Source: Paraspadella gotoi (taxonomy: Eukaryota > Animalia > Chaetognatha). From it: a stretch of 64,000 bases of DNA. This document shows, in pieces, positions 1-13,377 of the stretch (its first letter is position 1; each line of letters opens with the position of its first letter). The notes below the pieces were generated by a model that worked only from the letters and a program-made list of their open reading frames with translations, made no database searches and had not been told where the DNA came from. Position numbers and translations under genes: made by a program. The stretch covers positions 4,032,420 through 4,096,419 of the forward strand of contig CM119266.1 in NCBI GenBank assembly GCA_051294375.1, in the 5' to 3' direction.

Positions 1-305
1 TATTGTATTACGTACCGTTTTTTATTTTCGTTTTGGCAATAAAAACCTAGTTTTTTTCCGAAAAACGTTACATACATAGTTGTGCTAGTCTTGGTTAAAT
101 ATGATTGAACATTCGCAGAAATGAAAATTTTACTGTAAATAGATCACAGCTTTATTATTGTGTACATACAAATAAGTGGGAGATGGCTTTTTAAAGGCAC
201 TGAATGCAAGTAATGGAATCGGAGGGAAAAAAATATTGTACGTAAAATTACGTATAAAATTTAGTGAAGGGGTTTCGGTGGGGAAATTTTTGTTTTCAAA
301 AAGTT

Positions 306-3300
306 TCACAGTTCGGTCTCGTTATTGACAAGACACTCCTGCTCGGAGGTGTTGCCGTCAGAGTGGACGGCGGTCTGTACCTCCTGATACCACTTGTTCG
401 TTAGTTTGTGCATTTGAGTTTTTCCGTCCCTCAATTCCTGGTTATGACGCAGAAAAAGAAACAAAAACTTTTTTTTCGTGATTTAAGTAAAAAAAAAAGG
501 TAAGTTTCGGTTTCATGGACCGACGAAAGAGAGAACTTACCTCTGGCGTCAACTGCCGCGTGAAGAACGGAAATAAATACTTGGCGTCGAATTTGAGAAA
601 TCCTTTGAGATGCGGCTTCATTCTGCTGATCTGAACTCCGTTTCCGGCGCCGACTTCGATTTCAGTCAAAAATCCGGCGTCAGTTTCGGCGTCGGTCGTC
701 GTCAGTTCAGAAAGCTGTTCGGAATCTGAAATAAGGAAATATCGATGTTATTAATAACAAGAACAATTAAAAATAATTAATATTAAATGAGAGCGACTTT
801 CCCCCAAACATATGGTGCCCCGAGGGTCGGAGAGATAATTGCCTTATGACCGTTCTGACTGGGCGAGAACTCGGGTTCAGTGGGTTCGGGTAGTAGTAAT
901 ATTATTACGTAAATGCGTGTAGAAAATTCTTTTATATTTTCTATGCAAACGCGGAGACGAACGTAGTATTTCGCCCACCGTAGAATTGTTTAACGCGAGT
1001 CCCTCTAGACTATGAAGAAGAAAGTCGTAAACTTGTATTTTCATAAAACGTCCGTTTGAAACTCGAGTTTCTTAGCAAGCGAAAGACTTTCGATTTTTTC
1101 ACGAAATCTCTCACGGAAATTGGTTATTGAGAGAACGTTAAAAATATTGGGCGATCGAAGAGTGACCAGAAAATTTCACCAAACGTCCTTATAAGGCTAC
1201 ATTTTTCACAATGCGTACTCTCTCTTTCTTTTCTCTCCGACGGACTATTATCGTTCACATACGCTCTCCTTCCATTCCACATTGCACAAAACTCACCTAT
1301 CGTTTCACCAAATTCCTTGGTTTTGCTTAACGTGATTTCTTTCCTTTTTTTCTTTCTTCTTTTTTTCCTGACTTCGGGAGCATCCAATGACTTAGCGGGC
1401 CGATTTAACAGCTACAACGGAAAACAAGTATCAATCACGGTTCTCTCTCATACTTTTAACAAATTCTGTATATACCTGCAAAAGGGGCATGGTTGAACCT
1501 CCCAAAACTAAAATTGTGAACAAGACGATGATAAGAGTCGTCGTAACTAGGACGTGTCTCTTTTCTTCTGATTCAAGCTCAATGTGAAGGCAAAGGGCGT
1601 AAGCAATAGCACCTCGTAAACCTTTTAAAGTTATATATTACATTTATAATAATAACTGCAGCTAAAGAAAATGACACAAAAACCTACCCGAAAACCACAT
1701 GATAAATTGCATCCTTTTAGTTATCTTGTGCTCTCGAAAATAATTCATGATAAACGACAATGGAAATATATTGGCTGCTCTTCCCAAGAGACACAACACC
1801 TAAAGAAAAGAAAATAAAAGCCATCTGTAATTCTAGTGCATGAACAATTCGACCATTTTCATTATTACGCGTATTTATTTTAAATTTTAAGCAGTTTTGT
1901 ACGCAACTATAATTTCGAGGTACTTGAACTCGTATTTTGAAATAGGATTAACTAGATTTTTATTATTTACCACTTTTTCAATCTTGAAACAATGAATATG
2001 AAGAGACAGTAATAATTATTATGAGTTAGTGACAGAACCGTTCAATATAAGCAGTCCCTGAGATTCGGATCAGGCTGTAACACTGTGTTACAGGGGGTGT
2101 GAAGCGCCCCATCCCTCTTAACTGCTAGGAGACCACCGGGCTAGAACACCGGACCTTTTGGTTGGGAGGGGAATGACTTGCCTCCTCCACCAATGGCCGC
2201 TGATGAACAGTTGGTGGATTTTAGTCCACCATAAAGATAATAAACGTTGCGCAATAGTAGATAGTAGATAACTTAATGTATTGGGGAGCAGTTTTCATCG
2301 GGATCTCAAAACTCGCGGTTTCCGCACGATTAGTTCTTGACAAAGGAAAAACCTTTCAGAGGGGAAAATAATTTCAAGGTTGACAATATTATACAAAAAT
2401 AAATATTATACAGTTATAAACTAAACTATTAAAATATTCCCAAAAAATAAAAATAAAAATAAAGCTTCAAAGTTGGAATACATATATAAATAATAAATTT
2501 ATACATAATAAATTACTAGTAGAATCAGTAGAATCACATTTTCCCCTAAAAAAAATAAACAAAGAACGTTACGGAGCAACCATCAAAATAAAGCATATTC
2601 CCGAGGATTCTATGAAATTTTTCTCAGCACCAAAACAACCGTCACAGAAGAACGAACCAAAAACACATTTAGTCAAGAAAATCACAAAACGCAACCGAAA
2701 AAATGAAATGCGCACTAATTATACTTATGCTTTACAAGTTAATTCCACGGACATTAGCAATTTTACAATTGAACGAAACTGACCACGCCGTCATCAAAGG
2801 AGAAACCCTAACAATTGGTGGAAAAGGCAACGGAACCTGCAAATACAGCGGCACATGGTCGAAAATACCAACTTGGATAATGGAAAACAAGACTTCCGCC
2901 TACCTAATTTCGGCAGGTAATAAAACAAGACAAGAAACGCAGGGTTAAAACATAGTGAAAGCTTAACAGTAAAATTTATCCCTTGACAATTTACTGGCAA
3001 TACTCTCGTAAGAGTAGAATCCACTAGAAATGAAATATTTCAACTGATCAGGCGCTAATTTGTTTGAAAAATATGGAGACGTTACACCGGATATTCGACT
3101 CAAGAAAACCAGAGAACCCGGGGTAGGTTAAAATTATTTTTTTGAAAAAAATATTAAGCGAATTAACCAATTATTTACACTTCTAGGATATTAACGTATT
3201 TTCGCTCGTGATTGAAACCAAAAATACTTCTTTAGCCGGTCGGTACAAGTGCGAACACAGCGACGAACCGGAGGAGGTTTACAATATATTAAAAATTTAG

Positions 3301-6300
3301 CGTCATTTATTAATAATAGGAAAAGTATAATTAACGGTTAAAATAATTAACAATTATTTGAAGGTCATTCACAACGTCGTAGTCATGGACGACTTAAAAT
3401 GTAAACAAAATCAAGTCGTTTTTCTCGTTGGAGAAGATCAACTTAACGTCAATTGCACAATACCCATTTGGGGAGCGCCAAGTAAATTGTTTACATAACA
3501 AGAATACAATGCGGTTTAAGTTATGTCATTCATTTCTATTTTAAAGATCACGCTCTGCCCACGCTGGAATTATATTCGTCACAATCCAGTGAAGACATTT
3601 TGAGTAACTACACTTGGAACGACAGAGGGGAATGGAGAACTTTACTTGAAGAAGACGTGTTGACCAATCGGATCGAAGACAGGGTACGTACAACATTAAA
3701 GTTTTAACATTATTATTTAGGATTAATTGAATTTCTGTGTCACGATTTAAAGGAATACGTCACTGGCGAAAACGAACTCACGTTACAAATTCTTCGAAAT
3801 GTCACCATTCATGATCATGGAAAATCATTCACATGCAACATGACAGGTGCGCAATTGCTTAAATCTAAATTAAATTTAAATTTTTATTCTTCAAATAAAT
3901 GTTCTTCCAACAGATATGCGTGGATGGAATGTCGAGGCCCCACTTCCAGAATGTTTAAAGATGACAGAAATAATTGTTCATCACGCGCCAGAATTTACCA
4001 TCGCGCTCGAAACTTCGCAATCTAAACATTTTCAAGACGACCGTCTGAATTTGACGTGTGGCGTAGTAGGTAATTTACAGAAAACGCTTTTACATACATA
4101 GCGGATACAATCATACCTGACATGAACATAAATATTTTAAAGAAATAACCATATATTTAAAATTTGGTCAGGAAATCCACGTCCCACCATTAAATGGTTA
4201 ATCAACAACATCAGCGACGATCGCATCAGACCAAAAGAACTTTTGGCGCCAAGAGAGATAATTTCCGTCGTCTTGTTTCGAGTCAGAGAAGGAGACAACA
4301 TTATCAGTTGCGTCGCTTCTAATAACCTCAGCACCATCGTTGTGACCACGCCCTTGGTCATTCTTCCACCAGCTGTCATTACTAACGTCACCTTTGATCC
4401 AAATCCAGTACGAGAGGTAAAAATAAATAAGAACTAGATCCAGTAAATGACTAGACCAACAACCACGGCTCTTTTTCATTGGAGAAGAGCTGAACCGAAA
4501 TTCCTATTCTTTTTTAATTGGAACTTAAAATAATACACCATTAGTGATCATGTTAAATAAGCACTTAATAATCAGGGAGACGAACTTTTCATCAATTGCT
4601 CGGCGTTTCCTCCCGCCCACATGGATTTCTATTACGAGTGGACGGAGGGCGACGAGAAAATCGAGAACTCGACTCTCATCGCGGATAAATCGATGAATAA
4701 CAGAAGCGTGAGATGTTTGGCTTCTTTGGTTTCGCGATTCGGAGAGGCAAGGTAACTCGAATAAAGATTTCAACTATCTCAAGTAAATGCAAATTGGTTT
4801 TAAGTATTATCTTGTGATTCATCAGAAACACTTCGATGATCACGGCAAACGCTATCAACGTGACATATGGAGCCTACATATCTTGCGAAGATGTGGAGGC
4901 GGCGGAATCCGGGGATCACGTGTTGGTTTGTGATTTAGAGGCGAACCCTCCCTTTGCGGAGAAAGACATTGCTTGGCGGGACGAAGAGGGGAGATTTCTG
5001 GACAATGAGAAGTTTTACATCAACACCACCGTGGACGGACTCAAGGTTTCAAGTCATTGAAAGTCGACATTAACAATCAAGAAATCAAAAGCTTTTAACA
5101 GTTATTTTATCGCAGGTCATTTCAAAGCTTACCATCTATCGGGAATACATTTACAAAAAACAAAGACTGGATTTTATATTTGGTTTAACAGACAACAGTA
5201 AAACTCGTCAGATTGTTGTGGATTTTCAAGATGTTAACATAAGCACGGCTTCGGCAGGTTTAACAGGTGGTTAATGCCAAATTTAATGACTTATCCTTTC
5301 GTATATTTTATCAGATTTATATCCGTTTTCAGCTGGAATCGTTATCGGCGCAGTAGTCATACTGTTGCTTATTATCGTACTCATTTTCGGTATAAAATCT
5401 GCGGCCGCTCGAAACGGTCAAGGCGTGTGTAACGACATAAACGTAATTGAAAGCGCGAATCCAAAAAAGCCATTGCCAAACGAGCCAGCATTGAAAGGTA
5501 AAAAGAATTTCATTCCGCCATCAGTTTTAACTGAAATCCCAACTTAAAAAATAAAGGATCGATCTATATTTTTCAGAAGAGACTCCAGAGTATCTCGTCC
5601 GCGGAGTCAGAAGCGAAGGAGCGCGTCGGACGTCGGTCGCTCAATCGACGGGCGTCAAAAAAGAAATAAGAAAAACGTCGGTCGCGGAATCCGTGGGAGC
5701 GAAGAGCGCGGAACGATTGTCCGTCGCCGAGTCCGTCAGCATCATGAGCGCCGCTTCGAGGCGGACGACCGACTTCACGCGACCCAAATCCGGCGTCGAA
5801 ATAATCGCAACTTCGCGTCCAACGTCGGCGATTTCGAACGTCGTGAAACCGGAGTCACACCCACAAGAAACCATGTCTAAGGGACCATCGTCGCGTCCGG
5901 CTTCGCGTGCTCAGTCGCCTCCGGAATCCGCCAGAGCTCAAAGAGACGAGCGCCTACAATCATCGCGGGCTCGATCGAGAGAAGCGCCTTCCACCGGCGA
6001 ATCTCCGAAACCGATCGATAGGATTCGACCGCCGTCGCTGACGGAATCCGACAAAGAATTTGAGGACGAACCGGAAGAATTTGAGGACGAACCGGAAGAA
6101 ACTTCGCGAGCGGAATCGGCGAATTCAAACGTCGAGAATCTAGTCAGGACGGCCACGCCCTCTTCCGGATTGATCCCCGTTAAATCGGGACCGAGACGAA
6201 CTTCTCTAGCGGATTCTATAAGTCGAGCGTCGGCGACGGTTGAACCGATCGGACGCGTCGAAGTTGCCAAAGCTTGACAACATTTTTTTTTTGTGCTTTC

Positions 6301-9300
6301 ATTTTCGTCATATTTCACTTTCATAGAAATATAAGTCATTTACAGCATCACCACAATATGTGAACATATTTTTTAAACAAATGTCGAGAATAAGCTGGCC
6401 CTATGAAAAAGGAAGAGCCAATACAGAATGAATAAATCATTTTTATAAACTTCGTAAGACTAAAGTGGGAAAAGACCGACATATGCATATTGCATTATGA
6501 ACCCATCTGATAGGATAATAAAATAGCAAGACCCTGCAAATTTTCAATTACGACACAGTTTAGTAGTTTGTTAGCTTACGACATTGATAATAAATTAACT
6601 AATAACTATCTTGCCCCTGACTATAAATAATTAATTGATCAAATGCTATTTACTCACAATGCTCCAAATGACAAAGGCGGGTCGGACGTCGTGACTGAAA
6701 GAAAATATAGCGAGACCGAGATAAGCGAAGACCGCAGTCTCGGCGAGGAAGGCCAGAGTTCGGAATGTCTGTTGAACCGTGATCTGCGTCACGGGCGAAA
6801 GGTTGAAGTGAGTGTAATGCGACATCACGATGCCACAAAACAAAATCGCCATGATGCCTGAAGGGAAATTAACTAATTAATCAATGTAGTGTTAAAATGG
6901 GGCGACTGGATTGATGAGCTGGTTGTGGTACCGGATAAGTGAATGCCTTCGGCCAGAGAATAAGGCAAATAACAAAATATTAACATCATGCTGAATTCAA
7001 GAGATGGAGTTTTTCTGAGATCAACGTGTTTCAAAAGCTGAAAACAAAAAAAATCAATCAAAAATAATTATTAACTTTTAGAAAAATCAAATGGATGTCT
7101 TTTGTTTAAATCGCACGTAAAAGATAAGGAAAGATGTCGCTCACCAACGCGGAAACCAGTCCAGTAGAAACTCCTATCGCCGCTGATGCAAAAAATGTTT
7201 TGACGAAGTTAGAGACGGCTTTTGCAAAAAGCGTAAATGTTGATAAATCCTTGTGCTTGTCTAAATCCATGATTGACCTTCAGATAACCATATATAAATA
7301 AATACAAATAAAGGCCTACATTTCGATTCTAACACACATGTTTGTAATTAATCTCAGCCGAAAGTTTTGATTAAACACAAGTACTACTTACGAAGTTAAC
7401 ACGATTGAAACGGCGTCATTTAAAATAGACTCTCCAAAGACGAGCATGTTAAGAATAGGATCGACATCGAGCGCTGAAAATATGGCCAAAGTGGCCACTG
7501 GATCGACGGCCGAGATAAGTGACCCAAACGCGAATGATTCCACGAGAGAGAGACGATAGGCGACTTCCGCCACGCCCAAGAGAGAGATACCCGCGCCTGG
7601 GAAAAGGTGGTGACGGATGGGATGCAGTTCAACTAATAAAATACTTTTTATTTATTTTAAACCGATGAAAGCAGAATATGCTTATATAAGTATATGGTGG
7701 ACTAAAATCCACCAACCGTTCATCAGTGGCCATTGGTGCCAGAGGCTAGTCATTCTCCTTCCAACCCAAAGGTCCGGGGTTCAAGCCCAGTGGTCACCTA
7801 GCAGTTTAGTGGGACGGGGCGCTTAACCCGCCTGTAACACGGTGTTACAGCCTAATCCGAAGCTCAGGGACTGCTTATATTGAACGGTTCTGTCATTAAC
7901 ATATATCAATAATCACTGTCTCTTCAAGTATGATTTTATGGTTGTTGTGAAATCATTACATTTTTTTCCATCCAGTTTTGCTTTAAATTTTTTTATATTT
8001 TTTTTAATGAAGTTGCGAAATAACAATACTTGAAAAAATGGCGGAAGAAGAATTGCCCCTTATATCTGAAGACGATGAAAACACCGCAAGTGCCAACCTT
8101 ACAATTTCGAGCCCAAACCCAAACAGAACTTTTCTGAAAATAATTTTCTCAGCCGGGACAATTATTTCAACAATTGGACTTTACGCTTCTACTCCGATAT
8201 ATGCTTCAGTCATGACGCAAGTTGCTGACATATATTGCCAACTTCTTATGACGGGTTTTCTATGTCCAATACTGCTACTAATATCATGGTTCAGTAAGTG
8301 ATAACGTCATCCAACTTTATCACTATCAGAGTTAATTTAAATTAAATTTTTATTTCAACTATTAACATTACAGTCCAACAATTGCTTGTCACAAAGGAAA
8401 GAATATATCTTATAACTTCAACCCCATTTAAAATACTTATTTTGTGTGGATTTCTCAGCACTATTCAAAATATAGTTGTGGTTTTGGCAACTTTACCATC
8501 GCGAACCCCTTCATATTTAATTCCTTTATTGAGCCCTGCAGTGATACCATTTACGGCTGTGGTACGATTTTTAATTCTTAAAAAGCGCTTATCAATTCGT
8601 CAGGTAAGCTTATTTAAACCAATTTATGGACTCAAGCTATAATTGAAGATGTAATTGAATTTTAACTTCCCCCAAAACGCAGATAATCTGTTGTGTAATT
8701 GTCATAGCTGGACTTGTTATTTCATCAATACCAACAATTTGTTCCTTACCTACACGTGAAGATGACACACAAGTCGATAGCAAAACTGGCTTTTCTTTTC
8801 TTTGGCCAATGCTAATTCTTATAGGTCAAATACCAGTAGCCATTAATTACGTGCTTTACGAAAATGGTAAGGAATTCCTTATCAGAAAATATTATAATTT
8901 ATAATTTAAAATTATAAATTAACTAATATTTTCTTATTCTGACATTTCACACGCTTATACTTGTACTTCTCAGGAGCCCAACGACACACAAAAGAACTAC
9001 TTTTATTTTATTTTTGGACACAACTTTTCGGATTTTTGTGGGTGATAATACTTTTTTGGATGGATATTATTCCCGGTTTTGGACAAGCATCGTCCCTGAC
9101 AGATTTTGGGCATAAAATTGAGAGCAGTATTTTGTGTCATTTTGGATCAAATTGGGATTCTCACAAAGGCTGCAAAAAAGTCCCTTTAATGTTTGTCCTC
9201 AACACTCTTTCTTATGTGGGAACTGATGTGTTTTTAATATGCATTATGGCAGTTTCGGAAGGTAAGCACAATTTTGTAAACAATTGGTAAGGATGAAAAT

Positions 9301-11275
9301 CTGTTTATAACTTATCATATACAATATCTATATTTTTTATAGGGTCCGTCTTTTCAACCCTGGTTGGTTGCTTGTCATTACCATTGTCATCTTTCTTTTG
9401 GCTCCTATTTAAATATGATGAAAAACAATTGGCGCTGCTGTGGGAGCCTGTCATAAATTACACTGCTTTGTTCCCCTTGGCGGGATTGTGCCTGCTGTTG
9501 CCATCTACTATTATTTATGAACGATAAATACTATTAAAACTTCACTTTAGCATGATTGGAATTTTCCTTGTTTATTTAAAAAAAAATTTTTCAATTACCT
9601 CACCGGTATAAAAAACTATAAAACTGACTCTTTGGCTAATTAATTATACAAACCTTGACACATATTGCGACAAGGCACTAAAAAATCCAATATACGAATT
9701 AATTGTTGCAAAAAACTCGATAATGTCAATAATGTTTTCGATCTCATTACCCCTTTTTATTGTTAATAACTTAAGCTGACTTAATAGAAATACCTCATTT
9801 TTCTTTTAATGTTATGCTTACCGATGACGATGGCAGAAAGCAGCGTACCAAATATAGCGAAGATCATGATAGAGCCAAGATTTTGAAAAAAGTTCCCTTT
9901 ATGCAAATTATATCCGCTTTCAAAAATGATGGGAGGTAAAATAAGAAGGAAAAATGTAGTGGGAGAAAAAGCCTCTTCTTTTTTCCAGTTATAAGTTTTT
10001 GAAATGAGAGTCAGTAGAGCACCTAAGAAGAAAAATATATACTCCATTATAAATACGCTAAACAGTCATTTAGTGTACAAAACGAATATATATATAAGTT
10101 TTTGGCAAACTTACCAATGAGGCCTCCCAGAAAAACTATGGCAATACTCTCAGGTAGGTAATGGAACTTCGTGATAAGCAATAAATGAACGACTAGTATA
10201 CAAAAAGCTGTGAAGAAAAAAATAGAATCTTATTATAATTTAAATGTCGTTAAAAACAAATAATTTAAATTTGAGCGTGACAAACGAAAACTTACCCAAA
10301 ACAATGAGAATAAAGAAAATAGTGATAGAGGATTGTTTTTCCTCCTGTGCTGCTCCTTTTTTAGGTAAGGGCGCTTCCTCCTTTTCGGTCGTCGTAGTCG
10401 TAGGAGCTAATGTCGTCGTCATGTTGAGATCGACGGTTCCGTTGAGATCCGTAAAATTACCATCGATCGATCTAAAGATAAATTTTTAAAAAAATAAAGT
10501 AATTACTAGACATAGCGTTTCGGCTTTCTTTTTGTTGCGGTAACGATTAAGATGAAACAAAGTTTTAATTTGTTACAAACAACGATTTTTCGAGTCTTCG
10601 TCAGCGCTTAGTCGAAAATTGTCCATTTTTTATTGTCAAAAATCATTGATTGTAACAAATAAAAACTTTGTTTTCTCTTCACTAAACATTCCATAGATTC
10701 ATTTTAAAAATTTTCTCCTAATCATTCTAGTAATAATAATAATAATAAAAATATCAACATCCCAAGTCTACAAATGATAGCTTACAGTTTTTCATGGTGA
10801 TTCGTTTGCGAATTCCCCGGCGAATCATGATCAGCCTCGGGTTTACCCAGAGCAGCCTCGATGTCGCCTTTAACATCTCCATCGTCCTTTGGGTTTTCAT
10901 TCAAGATGATGCGGTCGATGAACTTGGGTGTCGTCGTCGTCTTCGCTTGGGAGGATGTGATCGACGAAAGTGTTGAAGGTTTGGTCGTCGCGGTGGAGTT
11001 GGAGTCGAACGACGTCGTCGGCGAAGAATTGACGAGGTTGTTGGGATTCGAGGCGGAGGATCCGTCGTCCGAAGAGACGCCGTCGCCGAAACACGTTGTG
11101 GTCGCGATGGCGACCAATAGAGCTGACGAGAGAGGAAATCAAACATCTTGGAATTACTGTTCCATGTCTTAACCTTTATATTTAATTATAACAATACAAA
11201 TAGTTAATTATCTCTTAAACCAAAACTCGCACCTGCCTTGAAGATAAGAGGCTTCCATCTCCAGATGATAGTCAT
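306..11275 (-). CDS. SLC9A8: Sodium/hydrogen exchanger 8 (NHE8), 14 coding exons
   Basis: Exons join in frame over GT-AG introns: 11275-11233, 11122-10786, 10471-10296, 10207-10115, 10022-9822, 7596-7392, 7277-7145, 7037-6932, 6857-6658, 1799-1688, 1621-1476, 1411-1297, 725-541, 437-306 (TGA). Signal peptide MTIIWRWKPLIFKAALLVAIA. NHE motifs FFLLILPPIIFESGY, SAVDPVATLAIF, FGESILNDAVSIV, WFSGLRGAIAYAL; NHE8-type tail DAKYLFPFFTRQLT. Confidence 0.95.
2000..2233 (-). mobile_element. Dispersed ~235-bp repeat with tRNA-like core, copy 1 (inverted relative to copy 2)
   Basis: Reverse complement aligns along its length with 7693-7925. Shares palindrome CTGTAACACnGTGTTACAG (2075-2093) and terminal hairpin GGTGGAttttagTCCACC. 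Confidence 0.8.
2703..6277 (+). CDS. Immunoglobulin-superfamily type I membrane protein (several Ig-like domains, TM helix, Ser/Arg-rich cytoplasmic tail), nested antisense in NHE8 intron 6657-1800
   Basis: Hydrophobic N-terminus MKCALIILMLYKLIP. Many short GT-AG exons with Ig strand motifs (SLAGRYKC, DHGKSFTC, LNLTCGVVGNPRPTIKW, VLVCDLEANP..IAW). TM GIVIGAVVILLLIIVLIFGI (exon from ~5333). Last exon ~5577-6277; AATAAA at ~6431. Internal exon boundaries approximate. Confidence 0.8.
6054..6100 (+). repeat. 21-bp in-frame tandem duplication (EFEDEPE x2) in the Ig-gene tail
   Basis: aagaatttgaggacgaaccgg repeated twice. Confidence 0.85.
7693..7925 (+). mobile_element. Dispersed ~235-bp repeat with tRNA-like core, copy 2
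   Basis: 7726-7797 is a 72-nt tRNA-like unit: acceptor GTGGCCA/TGGTCAC, B-box GGTTCAAGCC, unpaired anticodon arm. Flanked by hairpin 7696-7713 and palindrome 7832-7850. Confidence 0.8.
8038..9527 (+). CDS. CRT-like (chloroquine-resistance-transporter/CLT family, DMT superfamily) multi-pass transporter, nested antisense in NHE8 intron 9821-7597
   Basis: Five exons joining in frame: 8038-8293, 8374-8603, 8683-8866, 8974-9261, 9343-9527 (TAA). About 10 hydrophobic segments. Motifs PSRTPSYLIPLLSPAVIPFTAVVRFLILKK and LFWMDIIPGFG, plus a C-x-C loop, recalled from CRT-like proteins. Confidence 0.8.
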
Positions 11276-13377
11276 AGTAACTCCGCTTTAATTCCGCAAC
11301 TCGCTTCCATTGGAGGGTTTGACGTAAATATGTTTTTCTATAGTCAATGATTAAACTACGCAATACGTAATAGAAAAGCGAAATATTAGGTGTAATCTCA
11401 AGAATTAATCTTAACTCGTTCTTTGGCTTAGAGAAGAAGTAGGATGATAGTTAGATTTTGCTTTCAATATCAAGGATAGATCGATCGATCACCAAAAAAT
11501 ATGAAATCTTAAAACTTTTTTTTTAGCTGATCAACTCGAAAAGCCTCCTTATTAGGATCGAAAAATAAATTTAATGAATTAGCGTCAATAAATTTTAAGA
11601 ATTTGCTCCAAAAAATTTGAAGTCTAGTCTCAAATAAATTTTAAGATACCCCTCTAATGCCATCTTTCAATTTTTATCAATACTCCTATTTCTCCAGTAA
11701 AATAAAAAAACTATTATTTCGCCTCCTTTTCTCCCCCTGTTATCCTTTTTTAAGCGTTTTTAACTATTAAAATAAACTGGAAATGTTATAAAGTAATAAT
11801 CTGGTTTTACTTTATTCGTAAATCACAAAATCATCAATCACGATACACCATTCACAATGAAACTCAAACATACATAGATCGCTAAAGTCGCTAATCAAGG
11901 TTCAAGAAAAAAAATACGAGAAATTCAAAGGAACGATACCAAAAATTGGAAGTGGTTTCCAACGAATGAAGGACTTTTTTTTAGCATTTGAAGAACATTA
12001 GTATAACTTGTTATTAGAACAAAAATATTGGTCAAATGCAGAAGCTAAACCGGCAACCGGGAAACAAAAATAATTGTTTAATTCTGGGTCGATTCGTCGT
12101 GATAACGCAGTGTCACAAATACGACGATTTATAAATGATTAAACTTAAAAAATGTACAATTAGCAGAGAAAAGAATATTTAATTATTAATAATAAAATGT
12201 CAAAAGCCTATCGGGTTTTAAATATTGAATAAGAATAGCAAAAAAATTTAAAAAACCTCTTTTTAAACGAGCTAGCGAGGCCATTAACTGATAAAGTAAA
12301 CATTGTAAAAAAATATATGCGAGCAAATAGACCCGGATCGTTAAAAGGAGTACAATATATAACGTCTAAGGCGAAAAATAAATGAGCAACTGAACAATAG
12401 TTTTCATAGCTTACAAAGACTACGACAGATTAGACAAAGCTCAAAAAACCGCCATTTCAGGGCACGAGTAACTTTATAACACCAAATATGATAACATTCA
12501 CGGTTCAGGTAATTTTTTTTGAATTGGGCCCTGAGCCTGAGGGATAAAAAATTAAGCCGAGATGCTAGGGGATAAAAAATATATGGTTAGTACTTAGCGT
12601 CATTGTAGAAAAGAGCTTTTACGATTAAAACATCGCATTAGGACTTTATTGGCTAACTCGAGAAGCAAATGATTTAGCTCGATTCATTTGATCAAAAAAT
12701 TCTAAGAGAGGGAAAGGTAAGGAAAATGTAGTATTTTAAGACGACAAATCAAAAAGTCAATTAACAATAAATAACATGCAAGGAAAAGCAGAACAATGAA
12801 AAAACGCAGTGGTTAGAAAAACCAGACAAAAGGAGTAAACAGATCGTCCGTCAACAATGAAATCACTCAACAGCTCGTCTAAATATAGAACCAAACCTTG
12901 ACAGACCCATAAATAGAACCAAAACAGCACATTCAACAATGACCAAAACATACAGCAAAACGATAACAATTCTCTAACTTAGTACCATATAGTGTGCGCG
13001 CAAACATATTGGCCAGGTTTAGCACGCCTTAGCACGAATTACCTTTCCATAAAGATTGCATACTTAAAAAATTTAAAATATCAATCGTCTCATTTTCGAC
13101 CTTTCGGGTTTGAATTCAATTGGGCCAAATATTGAAAATGTTAATTTTCAATATGATAAGATTACATTCGTTAAAAACCGTAGAGAAATATAATGAACAC
13201 GCACGAACAATACCGTAGACAGAACGATAACGACTTTTTAAACTTTGCCTTAAAATTAGTCGCAATCTGCGAATAACCGAAATCCTTCAGAAAAAAACTA
13301 GTACGTATACGAAAACGTGTACATCATAACTGTATATATATAAATTACAAAAAATAAAAACAAAAACTGAAATTGGG

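Noticed and set aside
2200-2236. CTGATGA followed by a hairpin as a possible hammerhead
   Set aside because: No GAAA/GUH after the stem in either copy of the repeat.
7726-7797. Functional tRNA-Gly(TCC)
   Set aside because: Anticodon stem does not pair, and it is part of a diverged dispersed repeat.
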